A DNA stretch of 64,000 nucleotides from sequence record PV467749.1, one strand, 5' to 3'. Positions 13,850-21,877 of this stretch are shown here, piece after piece. The position numbers were made by a program, and so were the translations under genes. The notes under the pieces were generated by a model. That model saw only the letters and a list, made by a program, of their open reading frames with translations, made no database searches and had not been told where the DNA came from. This DNA comes from a phage. Numbering within the stretch: position 1 is the stretch's first letter; every line of letters starts with the position of its first letter.

Positions 13850-15559
13850 TTAATAACCAATTGTTGTCCAGTACACGCCCAGTCCACGTGGATTATCATC
13901 ATTTGGGTTAGCTGCACCAACAGCAATCTGTGAGTTACTTAAAATATTACCATGTGATGCCCATGCAGCATCATTATCTGGACGACCTGATACTCTACCA
14001 GTTACTTGTAGATTTAAACAAGCATTTGGGTATGGTATAGGTAATGTTACAGTTACATACGAGTCATCCCCTACTGCCAAGTATCCCCACTGGGTTATCA
14101 TACCAGTATTGTTATCTTTATACCAGCCATTTTGTGTCAACGACGCAGAAGTTGTTGTGGTAGATATAGTTACATTACCACTTGCATCTGCCGCAGTACC
14201 GTTAACTGAACGTACAATGTTTTTACCAGATACTGTTGCAGAGTTAGAACTAACAACCAACGATGGAGAAGTTAGTACACCAGATGAGTTAATTGTAACT
14301 TCCGAACCACCATTACTTCTCAAACGTAATGTATTGTTAGATGAACTATGATAAATTGCTGCACGTTCACCATCAGTAGCGTTACGGAAGTAAAGTACTA
14401 ATGAAGTGTCATTTGAACGTATAGAAGCACTGTTAGCAATAGTCAATGAACCAGTCATTACATCACCAGTTTTAAGTACATAACGGGTGTTTGCAACTTT
14501 TTCACTCAAAGCAACGTTGGACTCAGCAATGTTATATAAGTATGCCACATTGAAGTGTGGTACGTCAATATTACTAATTCCGTGGCTGTGTGCTTGACCA
14601 CTACCAACGGTATTGGTTGAACCACTGAAACTATGCACGTGATCAGGTGCTTCGTTAATGTTATTAATTACAGTTGGGATTCCGTTGTCGTTACTGGATG
14701 TTAACGCATTAAGACCACTTCTGTCCATACCTTTTAGTGCCTGACTATGACCATGACGACCAGCAGCACCAGTAGTTCCACTGAAACTAAATGAGTGCGG
14801 TGGAAGTTGAGCAATTGATATCGCAGTACCACTAATTGATGCACTACTTGCAATCACACTATCAGTTTTAGTTACGCCTGATGTGGTAATGCCTTTCAAG
14901 TATGCTTCTTGGTTAAGATTCGGAACTTGTTTTGTGATTGTACCATTTTCACCAACCCATTGCCACCACATTCCATCAGCAAAACACCAACCATCAGAAG
15001 TTTTCCACGGAGAACCTTGTGAACCATTACGACCACTTTGACCATTGGTTACACCAGACATCTGTTCACGAATACTAGCAACAGTTTGTCCAGAAGTCAA
15101 TGAGTACTGGGTAATTGCACCAGGCTTCATTGAAGTATAAAGACCTGTTGGGCCAGTACCGCTACTTGATGGAGTAGGGAATACGATATTTAAATTCGTA
15201 CCACTAATGCTCGCACTTGGAACAGCACTACTACTATATGTTACAGTTTCAACTTTTAAATTCAGTTTACGGTTCACTTCATCGAGTGAAATACGGATTG
15301 GTTCAAGAATTGTATCAGTATCGTATACTGCAATCCAACTTGTCCCGTTGTGGTATTTTAACACCAACTCATTTCTATCAAATACCATCGCACCTTGCTC
15401 ACCTGCTGGCAATGCCTGTACTGGTAAAATGACAGAAGATGAATTAAAACGAATAGGTCTTGGATTAGTTGGTGTACCACCAAGCACTATTAGTTCTAAA
15501 GATCCATTAGCACCAGTACTAGTCATAGTATCCAGTGGGTTATTAAAACTTATGCTCAT
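13850..15559 (-). CDS. putative tail fibre / receptor-binding protein with HxH motifs
   Basis: 569 aa, Ser/Thr/Gly/Asn-rich; several HxH motifs (GRHGHSQ, PDHVHSF, QAHSHGI) reminiscent of metal-binding HxH motifs in T4 gp12/gp37 fibre tips; AAGGGA RBS. Confidence 0.45.
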   Translation of the reverse strand: MSISFNNPLDTMTSTGANGSLELIVLGGTPTNPRPIRFNSSSVILPVQALPAGEQGAMVFDRNELVLKYHNGTSWIAVYDTDTILEPIRISLDEVNRKLNLKVETVTYSSSAVPSASISGTNLNIVFPTPSSSGTGPTGLYTSMKPGAITQYSLTSGQTVASIREQMSGVTNGQSGRNGSQGSPWKTSDGWCFADGMWWQWVGENGTITKQVPNLNQEAYLKGITTSGVTKTDSVIASSASISGTAISIAQLPPHSFSFSGTTGAAGRHGHSQALKGMDRSGLNALTSSNDNGIPTVINNINEAPDHVHSFSGSTNTVGSGQAHSHGISNIDVPHFNVAYLYNIAESNVALSEKVANTRYVLKTGDVMTGSLTIANSASIRSNDTSLVLYFRNATDGERAAIYHSSSNNTLRLRSNGGSEVTINSSGVLTSPSLVVSSNSATVSGKNIVRSVNGTAADASGNVTISTTTTSASLTQNGWYKDNNTGMITQWGYLAVGDDSYVTVTLPIPYPNACLNLQVTGRVSGRPDNDAAWASHGNILSNSQIAVGAANPNDDNPRGLGVYWTTIGY

Positions 15560-15600
15560 GTATAAATCCCTTTAATGATTAATATATACTATATTTATTA

Positions 15601-15909
15601 CTATAGCAAGTCGTTTTCCATATCGTCAAGAACAGAATCAACGATGTTCGCTGCTATCTTCTTAGGCATCTTGAACCACTCGGTGTTAGGTTGCCTTACT
15701 GCGTTCATTTGTTTTAGTCTTTTGTGAATTTCTTTCTCTGCTAAACGTGCATCTTCAAAGTGTACTTCATGGTATACCACAAAATCTCTAAAAGGTGTAG
15801 CAGTTTGATATGTCCTTAAACGTTCTGTCATTTCAGATTTACTGGTAAATCCTATCTTAACATAATCAGGCCACGCATCATTTACTATAACATAACATAT
15901 CTGTGACAT
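15601..15909 (-). CDS. GIY-YIG superfamily, T5orf172-like domain protein
   Basis: YVIVNDAWPDYVKIGFTS...RLRTYQTATP...ARLAEKEIHKRLK...TEWFKMP fits the T5orf172 pattern; ATG 15909 with GGAGAT RBS. Confidence 0.6.
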   Translation of the reverse strand: MSQICYVIVNDAWPDYVKIGFTSKSEMTERLRTYQTATPFRDFVVYHEVHFEDARLAEKEIHKRLKQMNAVRQPNTEWFKMPKKIAANIVDSVLDDMENDLL

Positions 15910-15948
15910 AGAAAATATCTCCATCAGTAATATGAAGATATTTATTAA

Positions 15949-16299
15949 TCAAGTAATTCGGAAATTTACCCCAGCATCAATTAGGCGTTGGAATGGGTTT
16001 TGTGGCTCGAATTCAGAAGGAGTTTTTGAAATGTTCAGTACTGGAGCATCAGCATGTAACTTTGACATACGTTCTTTGTACTTATCTAAGTATTCTTCAT
16101 ATAACATATCTTCAGTGTTACTATCAAGTATGTCTTCAATAAATGAATCAATACTATAGTCCAGTCTATCATCATTATAATACAAAGTTTCACTAGCTTC
16201 ATCATAACCAACTAAAGTCCCGTATGGAACGTTAATCTCAATTTTTGAGTACTGACTCTTTAAGTACTCTTCTTTCTTAAAAATGTATACAGTTAACAT
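15949..16299 (-). CDS. hypothetical acidic protein (116 aa)
   Basis: ATG 16299 with AAGGAG RBS 9 nt upstream; track ORF starts at an upstream TTG. Confidence 0.5.
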   Translation of the reverse strand: MLTVYIFKKEEYLKSQYSKIEINVPYGTLVGYDEASETLYYNDDRLDYSIDSFIEDILDSNTEDMLYEEYLDKYKERMSKLHADAPVLNISKTPSEFEPQNPFQRLIDAGVNFRIT

Positions 16300-16322
16300 C
16301 CGTGTCAACTCCTTATGGTTGT

Positions 16323-17420
16323 TTACTTAAAAGTATTTACAATTTCTAAAACACTTTCAAGATACTTAGCATCAAAAGTTTCAGTAAATCCTGATGGCAA
16401 CTCTTCAGTACTTACCACACCACTTTCAATGTATTTCTTTATGAACTTTTCCAACAGTAATGGTTGATTGCCATCTTCAAAGTAGCGTTCTATAAGTACT
16501 TCATGCTCGAACTCAGAATTGCGGCTTTGTTCGTTAACACGGCGTTTCATATCACCAGTGATCCCATATTTGTACACCGTCTTGTTATTGTTAGTTAGTT
16601 TTTGTACATAGAAATATCCAGGTTTTGATGGTTGATATCCATATTCACCACATGATGGACATCCTTTACCAGCCATATGTGCTTTTGGTTGTTGGGAGAA
16701 GACACCATGAGTCGGACATACAATATCAATATAATTCTCGCTTAAAGTATATTCAACCAAGCTATAATCATACTTATGGTTATGGATAGGCGACACAAGT
16801 TCAATGAAACGTTCAGTGCTTCTTCCACCTTTACCAGAACATGTACCGCAGCCAGTTTTACCCTTCAATAAAGTTTGGGCTGAAACAGTCCATTCGTGTT
16901 TACCGCGTGTGCAATATACGGTAACTTCCGTTTTATTGTTAACATATTTGGTATTTGGAAATTCAAACGCACCACCATAGTTTTCTTTTACTTTTGCGAT
17001 GAATGATTCAGTACTGTATGCTTCATTTTTATTACAGACAGGACATCCCCTACCAGAAAGAAATTTGTTTGGTGTAATTTCAAAGTAATCGTTATGGTCT
17101 TCATCAGTGCAAAATAGTGTTACTTTTGTTATAGCGTTAGTGTAATTTAGTTTATCAAATTTGAATTTATCTTTACCAAATTTAGTTTCTACAGTACTGA
17201 TGAATGTGTCGTTGTTTGAACGCTGTGACATGTTTGAATAACATGATGCACATGTACATGCAATGTGACGAAGTGCAGACTTGGTGTTTTCTTTCCCACA
17301 CTTGTTACATTTTACTGTTGTTTTACTTGCCTTGAATACTAAAGTACTGAAGTCAAATTCTCCATACTTAGCAGTCATTTGGTTAATAAACTCTTCTTTG
17401 TTGATACTTACGTTTGGCAT
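16323..17420 (-). CDS. homing-endonuclease-like protein: tandem Cys/His zinc-ribbon modules + C-terminal GIY-YIG/T5orf172-like nuclease domain
   Basis: About four repeats of the module (K)YDYSLVEY-x8-IxCPTHGxFxQxPxxHxxGKGCPxC, then GYFYVQKL...VYKYGITGDMKRR...TETF resembling a GIY-YIG/T5orf172 domain; own consensus promoter; sits between capsid gene and downstream genes. Confidence 0.6.
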   Translation of the reverse strand: MPNVSINKEEFINQMTAKYGEFDFSTLVFKASKTTVKCNKCGKENTKSALRHIACTCASCYSNMSQRSNNDTFISTVETKFGKDKFKFDKLNYTNAITKVTLFCTDEDHNDYFEITPNKFLSGRGCPVCNKNEAYSTESFIAKVKENYGGAFEFPNTKYVNNKTEVTVYCTRGKHEWTVSAQTLLKGKTGCGTCSGKGGRSTERFIELVSPIHNHKYDYSLVEYTLSENYIDIVCPTHGVFSQQPKAHMAGKGCPSCGEYGYQPSKPGYFYVQKLTNNNKTVYKYGITGDMKRRVNEQSRNSEFEHEVLIERYFEDGNQPLLLEKFIKKYIESGVVSTEELPSGFTETFDAKYLESVLEIVNTFK

Positions 17421-17452
17421 ATTTTTGTCTCTTTGATAGCGTGTATGTGCGT

Positions 17453-17481
17453 ATTATACATAACCAAAAACATCATGTCAA
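17453..17481 (-). promoter_or_regulatory. consensus sigma70-like promoter (TTGACA, 17-nt spacer, TATAAT) for HEG-like gene
   Basis: Minus-strand TTGACA (plus 17476-17481) and TATAAT (plus 17453-17458) with 17-nt spacer, about 35 nt upstream of ATG 17420. Confidence 0.6.
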
Positions 17482-17491
17482 TGTTTTTAAT

Positions 17492-17526
17492 AAAAAAAGG
17501 GACTCCGAAGAGTCCCTATTGTTTTT
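17492..17526. terminator. bidirectional rho-independent terminator (A-run, GGGACTC-CGAA-GAGTCCC, T-rich)
   Basis: Perfect 7-bp stem; A7 upstream, TATTGTTTTT downstream; immediately after the major capsid gene. Confidence 0.8.
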
Positions 17527-17560
17527 AATTTCTTGATTAAATCTTTTAAATCGATTATAA

Positions 17561-18736
17561 TTACATGAAAGTAACGTTTTTGATAGCGATTTTGCTGTAG
17601 TAGTCAGCAGCGTTACCTAGTGAACTGGTGCTATCGGTCAACTGTACATAGCCATATCTGGTTAGAAAAGTTGTAACGAGTTCCCCAGTGTTAGGGTCCA
17701 TTACAGTACCGGAAGCCATTAGTGGGATGTATGGGCAATAGAACACACCAGCATCAGTTTCAGCGTTACCTTTGTAACCAATTAGGATATCTTCAACATC
17801 ACTTGCATAGGTATCAACGAAGATACGCATGGTGCTGTTTAGAGTACCAACAAATTTAACGTTAGTTGGAGCTTCGAAAGTACCTTCAGTAGTACGTGCA
17901 AAACTAGAAGTAGTTGCAGACTGTAGAATGGTTAGAGCGGTTGGAGAAACAACAGCCCAGTTCGCAGCACCACGTTTGGTACGACGAGCAACTTCGTTCG
18001 CTTGACGGTTGATTAGGGTAGCTAGAGCAGCGTGCTCGTCACCAACGAAGGTCGCAACACCAGTAACTTTAGATTGGTCATAAGTTACAGCAGCAGCACC
18101 AGGTAGTGCACGTAGACGGCTTAGTAGCTCTTGGTCGATTTCAACGGTAACTTCTTGAGCGATTGCAGCCATTAGTTCAGCTTCAACGTCAATACCATGT
18201 TGGGATTGTGCATCTTGTGCAGATTCAACAGTCCAACGTGCAGATAGACGACGAGATTTCGCTTCAACAGTTTCACGTAGAATACGGATGTTAACGCGAC
18301 GACCCATAGTACCTTCTAGTTGGCTAGTAGGAGCAGCTTGTGGGTTGCTGTTGTCTGCGTTTAGGTCACCAGTATAAGACTTAGCGATTTTGTATGGAGA
18401 AAGCATTTCTTCACCAGCGATAACACCAGGAGCGTTGTCAGCATATTGAACACGTAGGGTGTGGATCTGACCAACTGGGCCAGTCATTGGCTGAACACCG
18501 ATGATTTCGTTAGCGATTACGGTTGGCATAACACGACGCATAATTGGTAGAATCACTTTGTTTAGAGTAGCGATGTTACCAGCGGTGGTTGCACCAGAAG
18601 TAGCAGATTCGTTTAGCATTAGTTTACGATGGTTATCAAGTACGGTTTCCATTACGGACTTACGAGTACCTTGTAGACCTTCAACTAGTTTCTCTTTAAC
18701 TGCTACCCATTTGGATTCATTTAGTAGTTGTGACAT
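17561..18736 (-). CDS. gp23: major capsid protein (T4 gp23-like)
   Basis: Blocks IGVQPMTGPVGQIHTLRVQY, EAKSRRLSARW, RGAANWAVVSP, GYKGNAETDAGVFYCPYIPL parallel T4 gp23; synteny portal-core-protease-scaffold-capsid; AAGGAG RBS; TATAAATA upstream; biased codon usage. Confidence 0.9.
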   Translation of the reverse strand: MSQLLNESKWVAVKEKLVEGLQGTRKSVMETVLDNHRKLMLNESATSGATTAGNIATLNKVILPIMRRVMPTVIANEIIGVQPMTGPVGQIHTLRVQYADNAPGVIAGEEMLSPYKIAKSYTGDLNADNSNPQAAPTSQLEGTMGRRVNIRILRETVEAKSRRLSARWTVESAQDAQSQHGIDVEAELMAAIAQEVTVEIDQELLSRLRALPGAAAVTYDQSKVTGVATFVGDEHAALATLINRQANEVARRTKRGAANWAVVSPTALTILQSATTSSFARTTEGTFEAPTNVKFVGTLNSTMRIFVDTYASDVEDILIGYKGNAETDAGVFYCPYIPLMASGTVMDPNTGELVTTFLTRYGYVQLTDSTSSLGNAADYYSKIAIKNVTFM

Positions 18737-18769
18737 TATTATCTCCTTAAAGATGTTATATTCGTTTTT

Positions 18770-18826
18770 CAGTATGATATTATTTATAGAACTGAAAAAT
18801 TTGATTATTAAAATGCTTTAAAATGT
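18770..18826 (-). repeat. conserved ~55-nt intergenic element, copy 1 (contains late promoter)
   Basis: Near-identical to 21510..21566: shared AGTATGATATTATTTA...ACTGAAAAATTT...TTAAAA(T/A)GCTTTAAAA. Confidence 0.6.
18781..18788 (-). promoter_or_regulatory. T4-type late promoter TATAAATA (minus strand) for major capsid gene
   Basis: Exact TATAAATA about 45 nt upstream of ATG 18736, embedded in the extended motif TTTCAGTTCTATAAATAATATCATACTGAAAAA. Confidence 0.65.
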
Positions 18827-19942
18827 TTATTTTTTATTGATACCAGAAAGAACATCGAGTTCTTTTAGGAATGCCATATCGTCAGCGGTCATTTCTTCGC
18901 TTTCAACAATAGCCTGACGGTTGCCAGTGATTACTTTACCTTCTGCAAGAGTTCTCTTAGCGGAAGACTGAACTGCTTGACGAGTGGTAGCAGATTCATT
19001 TACTTTAGTACCGTTAAGTACTGACTTATGGTACTTGCTGAAATCGTCTTTAAGCTTTTCTGTAGGAGAAGTAGCTAGAAGGGATTCCATAATTTGTTTC
19101 TGTTGTGTAGTTAGTGGCTTAACTAGTTCAGACATAATCGCATTACGAGCTTGTGAATCTTCCATAATACGTAGTTTGGTTTTAGCAGCTTTAACTTCAC
19201 TTACAGTTTCATTTAGTTCTTGTTTAACTTGTGCAATTTCGTCTTCTTTAGACTTAATTGATTCAGTTAGGGAACGTAGTAGTGAATTCTCATTAAATTG
19301 TTTGACATTAAACTCTTGAGCAAACGCTTCAAAGATTTTACGACCAAACATATTTTGTTTTGCTTCAACAAGATCTTCTTTCAAAGCGTATAGGTTTTTC
19401 TGAGTAGTTTCTGCAATATATTTAGCAGCACTTTCAGATGTACGTTTGATGAAGTTGTTACGTGCTTCAGCAATTTGACGGGAGCCTTCAGCTAGTAGTT
19501 TAACGCGAGTTTCAACTAGTTGACGTTTCTCGATGTGGAATTCTTTTAGCTCTTCTGCTAGGATACCGTTAGAGAAATTAACGAATTTACCCATGCATTC
19601 TTGAAGATGCTTACGTTCTTTACGCATTTGTTTAACTTCTTCAGCCAAAACAGAGTTAGAAAACGCAGAGAAATTACTTAGGGTTTTACGGAGAGTTACA
19701 CGATCTTCTACAAGACGTTTTTTCTCTTCATATACTGCACCCATTTCTTCAGCGATAACTTGAGTAACCATAGTATTTAGACCTTCGGTTAGCTCAGACA
19801 AATCTTGTTTGTAGCGGCCTTTCATTTCTTCACGCATTTCTGCGGCAAGTGTGTTTTTTTCTTCATTCCATGCTTCCTGAATTAGCTGTTTTGCCTCATC
19901 AGAAAGAGATGATTCTTTTAGAAGCTTTTCTAATTTAGACAT
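18827..19942 (-). CDS. prohead scaffold/core protein (gp22-like by position and composition)
   Basis: 371 aa, E/K/Q-rich, predicted coiled-coil; directly upstream of the capsid gene; AAAGGAGAG RBS. Confidence 0.6.
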   Translation of the reverse strand: MSKLEKLLKESSLSDEAKQLIQEAWNEEKNTLAAEMREEMKGRYKQDLSELTEGLNTMVTQVIAEEMGAVYEEKKRLVEDRVTLRKTLSNFSAFSNSVLAEEVKQMRKERKHLQECMGKFVNFSNGILAEELKEFHIEKRQLVETRVKLLAEGSRQIAEARNNFIKRTSESAAKYIAETTQKNLYALKEDLVEAKQNMFGRKIFEAFAQEFNVKQFNENSLLRSLTESIKSKEDEIAQVKQELNETVSEVKAAKTKLRIMEDSQARNAIMSELVKPLTTQQKQIMESLLATSPTEKLKDDFSKYHKSVLNGTKVNESATTRQAVQSSAKRTLAEGKVITGNRQAIVESEEMTADDMAFLKELDVLSGINKK

Positions 19943-19989
19943 TCGTTCTCTCCTTTAAGTACTGAAATATCTGTACTTCAACATACAAA

Positions 19990-19997
19990 TATTTATA
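19990..19997 (-). promoter_or_regulatory. T4-type late promoter TATAAATA (minus strand) for scaffold gene
   Basis: Exact TATAAATA about 50 nt upstream of ATG 19942; TTTCAGTACT motif lies between it and the RBS. Confidence 0.55.
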
Positions 19998-20008
19998 TTT
20001 TTAAAATG

Positions 20009-20629
20009 TTAACCTTTTAATTTCTTGAAAAAATCGTAAATTTCAGAATCTACATTATTTACTGTTTTAGATTCTGTGATTTTTTTAGGACTATTACAAG
20101 GTGATCCGTACTTACTCATCAGAGATTCAAAAACCGCAGTAGGGTATGCCTCTGGAGCACTAGGTTGAGCAACAATATCAATTGTGATAATTTCAAAATC
20201 AGAAACTATTCCATTGTAATCCACGTTACCGGAACCACGAGAACTTACACCAAGTTTCACACCAGCTTCTAGCATTTTACGAATATTAGTACCATGAGCA
20301 GTATCAAGTAGTTTGATTTCTGCCATGCCGTTAGCACCTTCCATCCAGACCTTAGTAATCATTGCTGCTACACGGTCAAGGTTAATTGTTAGTGTTTCAG
20401 GGTGGTCACATTCAACTAGAATACTTTCACCTTTAGCCAAACGTTGAGCCATATTATTAACAGCTTTAGTAATTTCGGCTAAAGGGTAAATTCTCTCATT
20501 TAAATTTCTTTGATCGGCTTGAATAGCAATACCACGAAGATAGCAATCACGCCCACCAAGTCCATTATCACGATGTTCCAAAACAACTTTAGAATCATTG
20601 AATGAAGACCATTCACGAATCATACTCAT
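20009..20629 (-). CDS. gp21: prohead core protease (T4 gp21-like)
   Basis: 206 aa with CDHPE and GVSSRGSG motifs as in the T4 gp21 family; positioned between core-protein and scaffold genes. Confidence 0.7.
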   Translation of the reverse strand: MSMIREWSSFNDSKVVLEHRDNGLGGRDCYLRGIAIQADQRNLNERIYPLAEITKAVNNMAQRLAKGESILVECDHPETLTINLDRVAAMITKVWMEGANGMAEIKLLDTAHGTNIRKMLEAGVKLGVSSRGSGNVDYNGIVSDFEIITIDIVAQPSAPEAYPTAVFESLMSKYGSPCNSPKKITESKTVNNVDSEIYDFFKKLKG

Positions 20630-20660
20630 AATGATCTCCTTTCCTTTTCTTTATTTAGTG

Positions 20661-21476
20661 TTAGATTTTTGGTTGTGATTTTGGTAGTGGAGAACGAGAT
20701 TTAGAAGCGGTATTTTTTGGCTTCGCAACATCTTTCATTTCGCCACGAGCATTTTTACCTAGGTCTTCATCAGTGTGGGACATAGCATCTTCGTTTTCAA
20801 AATCATAATCTACTTGTTTTTCGGAAGCTTTAGCGAATTTCACTGGAGCAACACCTTGAACTGGAGATTTAGCTTCTGGTGCAACTGGGGACTTGGTATT
20901 AACGCCAGCTTTTTCTTTCTTATCAACCGCAGCAACTTGCTTAAGTTTGAAAGACTCACCAACTTTCTCATCACCGAATTGTACATCAGCAAATTCGTCT
21001 TCAGATTCTTCACCATCAGCACCAACTTCAACTTCTTCGTCGTCAGAACCTAGGTCAACTTCATCACCACCGATTTCGTCAAACATTTGTTGTAGGCCAC
21101 GGAAAGCATCTTGAATAGATTCCCATTGGTCTTCGGAAGGAACTTCTGCACCAACTTCTGCTTCAGCGTCAACTTCTTCGCCATCAGCATCAGCAGAGAA
21201 TTCAACTTCTTCTTCTGCACTTTCATCTTCTTCACCTAGGGTGTATTCGATTTCAGCATTTAGACCAGCGTCTGGTTGAACATCAAAGTCTTCGTCAAGT
21301 TTTTCTTCGTCTTTGACTTCAACTTCACATTCTTCTTCGTCCATGCTTTCTTCTAGTTCTTTATTGATTTCTTGAGCTTGCTCAACAAAGTACTTACGCA
21401 TTTTTTTATCAGCAACATCTTGTTCGCCGTTTGCAAACGCTTCAATTGCTTCTTGTAGTAGTTTTAAATTCGCCAT
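20661..21476 (-). CDS. highly acidic prohead core/internal protein (gp68-like by position)
   Basis: About 271 aa, extremely Asp/Glu-rich; between portal and protease genes; ATG 21476 with GGAGGA RBS. Confidence 0.5.
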   Translation of the reverse strand: MANLKLLQEAIEAFANGEQDVADKKMRKYFVEQAQEINKELEESMDEEECEVEVKDEEKLDEDFDVQPDAGLNAEIEYTLGEEDESAEEEVEFSADADGEEVDAEAEVGAEVPSEDQWESIQDAFRGLQQMFDEIGGDEVDLGSDDEEVEVGADGEESEDEFADVQFGDEKVGESFKLKQVAAVDKKEKAGVNTKSPVAPEAKSPVQGVAPVKFAKASEKQVDYDFENEDAMSHTDEDLGKNARGEMKDVAKPKNTASKSRSPLPKSQPKI

Positions 21477-21509
21477 TATATCCTCCATAGATATATTACA
21501 TTCATATAA

Positions 21510-21566
21510 AGTATGATATTATTTAGTACTGAAAAATTTCGCCATTTTTAAAAGCTTTAAAAAGTG
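21510..21566 (-). repeat. conserved ~55-nt intergenic element, copy 2 (late-promoter-like, TAAATA variant)
   Basis: Matches 18770..18826; promoter core reads CAGTACTAAATAAT (lacks the TA of TATAAATA). Confidence 0.55.
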
Positions 21567-21576
21567 CGATTTTTGT

Positions 21577-21804
21577 TTACATTAATCCTGAACCATCACC
21601 GGATGGTGCTGCTGCATAAACAACAGCGACAACATTTTTGCGTCGTTGTTCTTCATTAGCTTTAAATTCACGGTACTTTCTTAAATTATTAAGTACTTGT
21701 AATGTTAGTTTTGGTTTTCTGGAATCAGTAATTTTATATACGTTCTGATCATCTTCAGGGTCGTATAAAGAATCACTGCTAGATTCAAAGATGTCCTTTA
21801 ACAT
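21577..21804 (-). CDS. small prohead core protein (gp67-like by position)
   Basis: 75-aa ORF between portal and acidic core-protein genes. Confidence 0.4.
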   Translation of the reverse strand: MLKDIFESSSDSLYDPEDDQNVYKITDSRKPKLTLQVLNNLRKYREFKANEEQRRKNVVAVVYAAAPSGDGSGLM

Positions 21805-21877
21805 TTCATCTCCTTTGAATATGCATTATAATGAGGGCAACTAATGTACCCTCATTCTTATACATTGTTATTTATGA

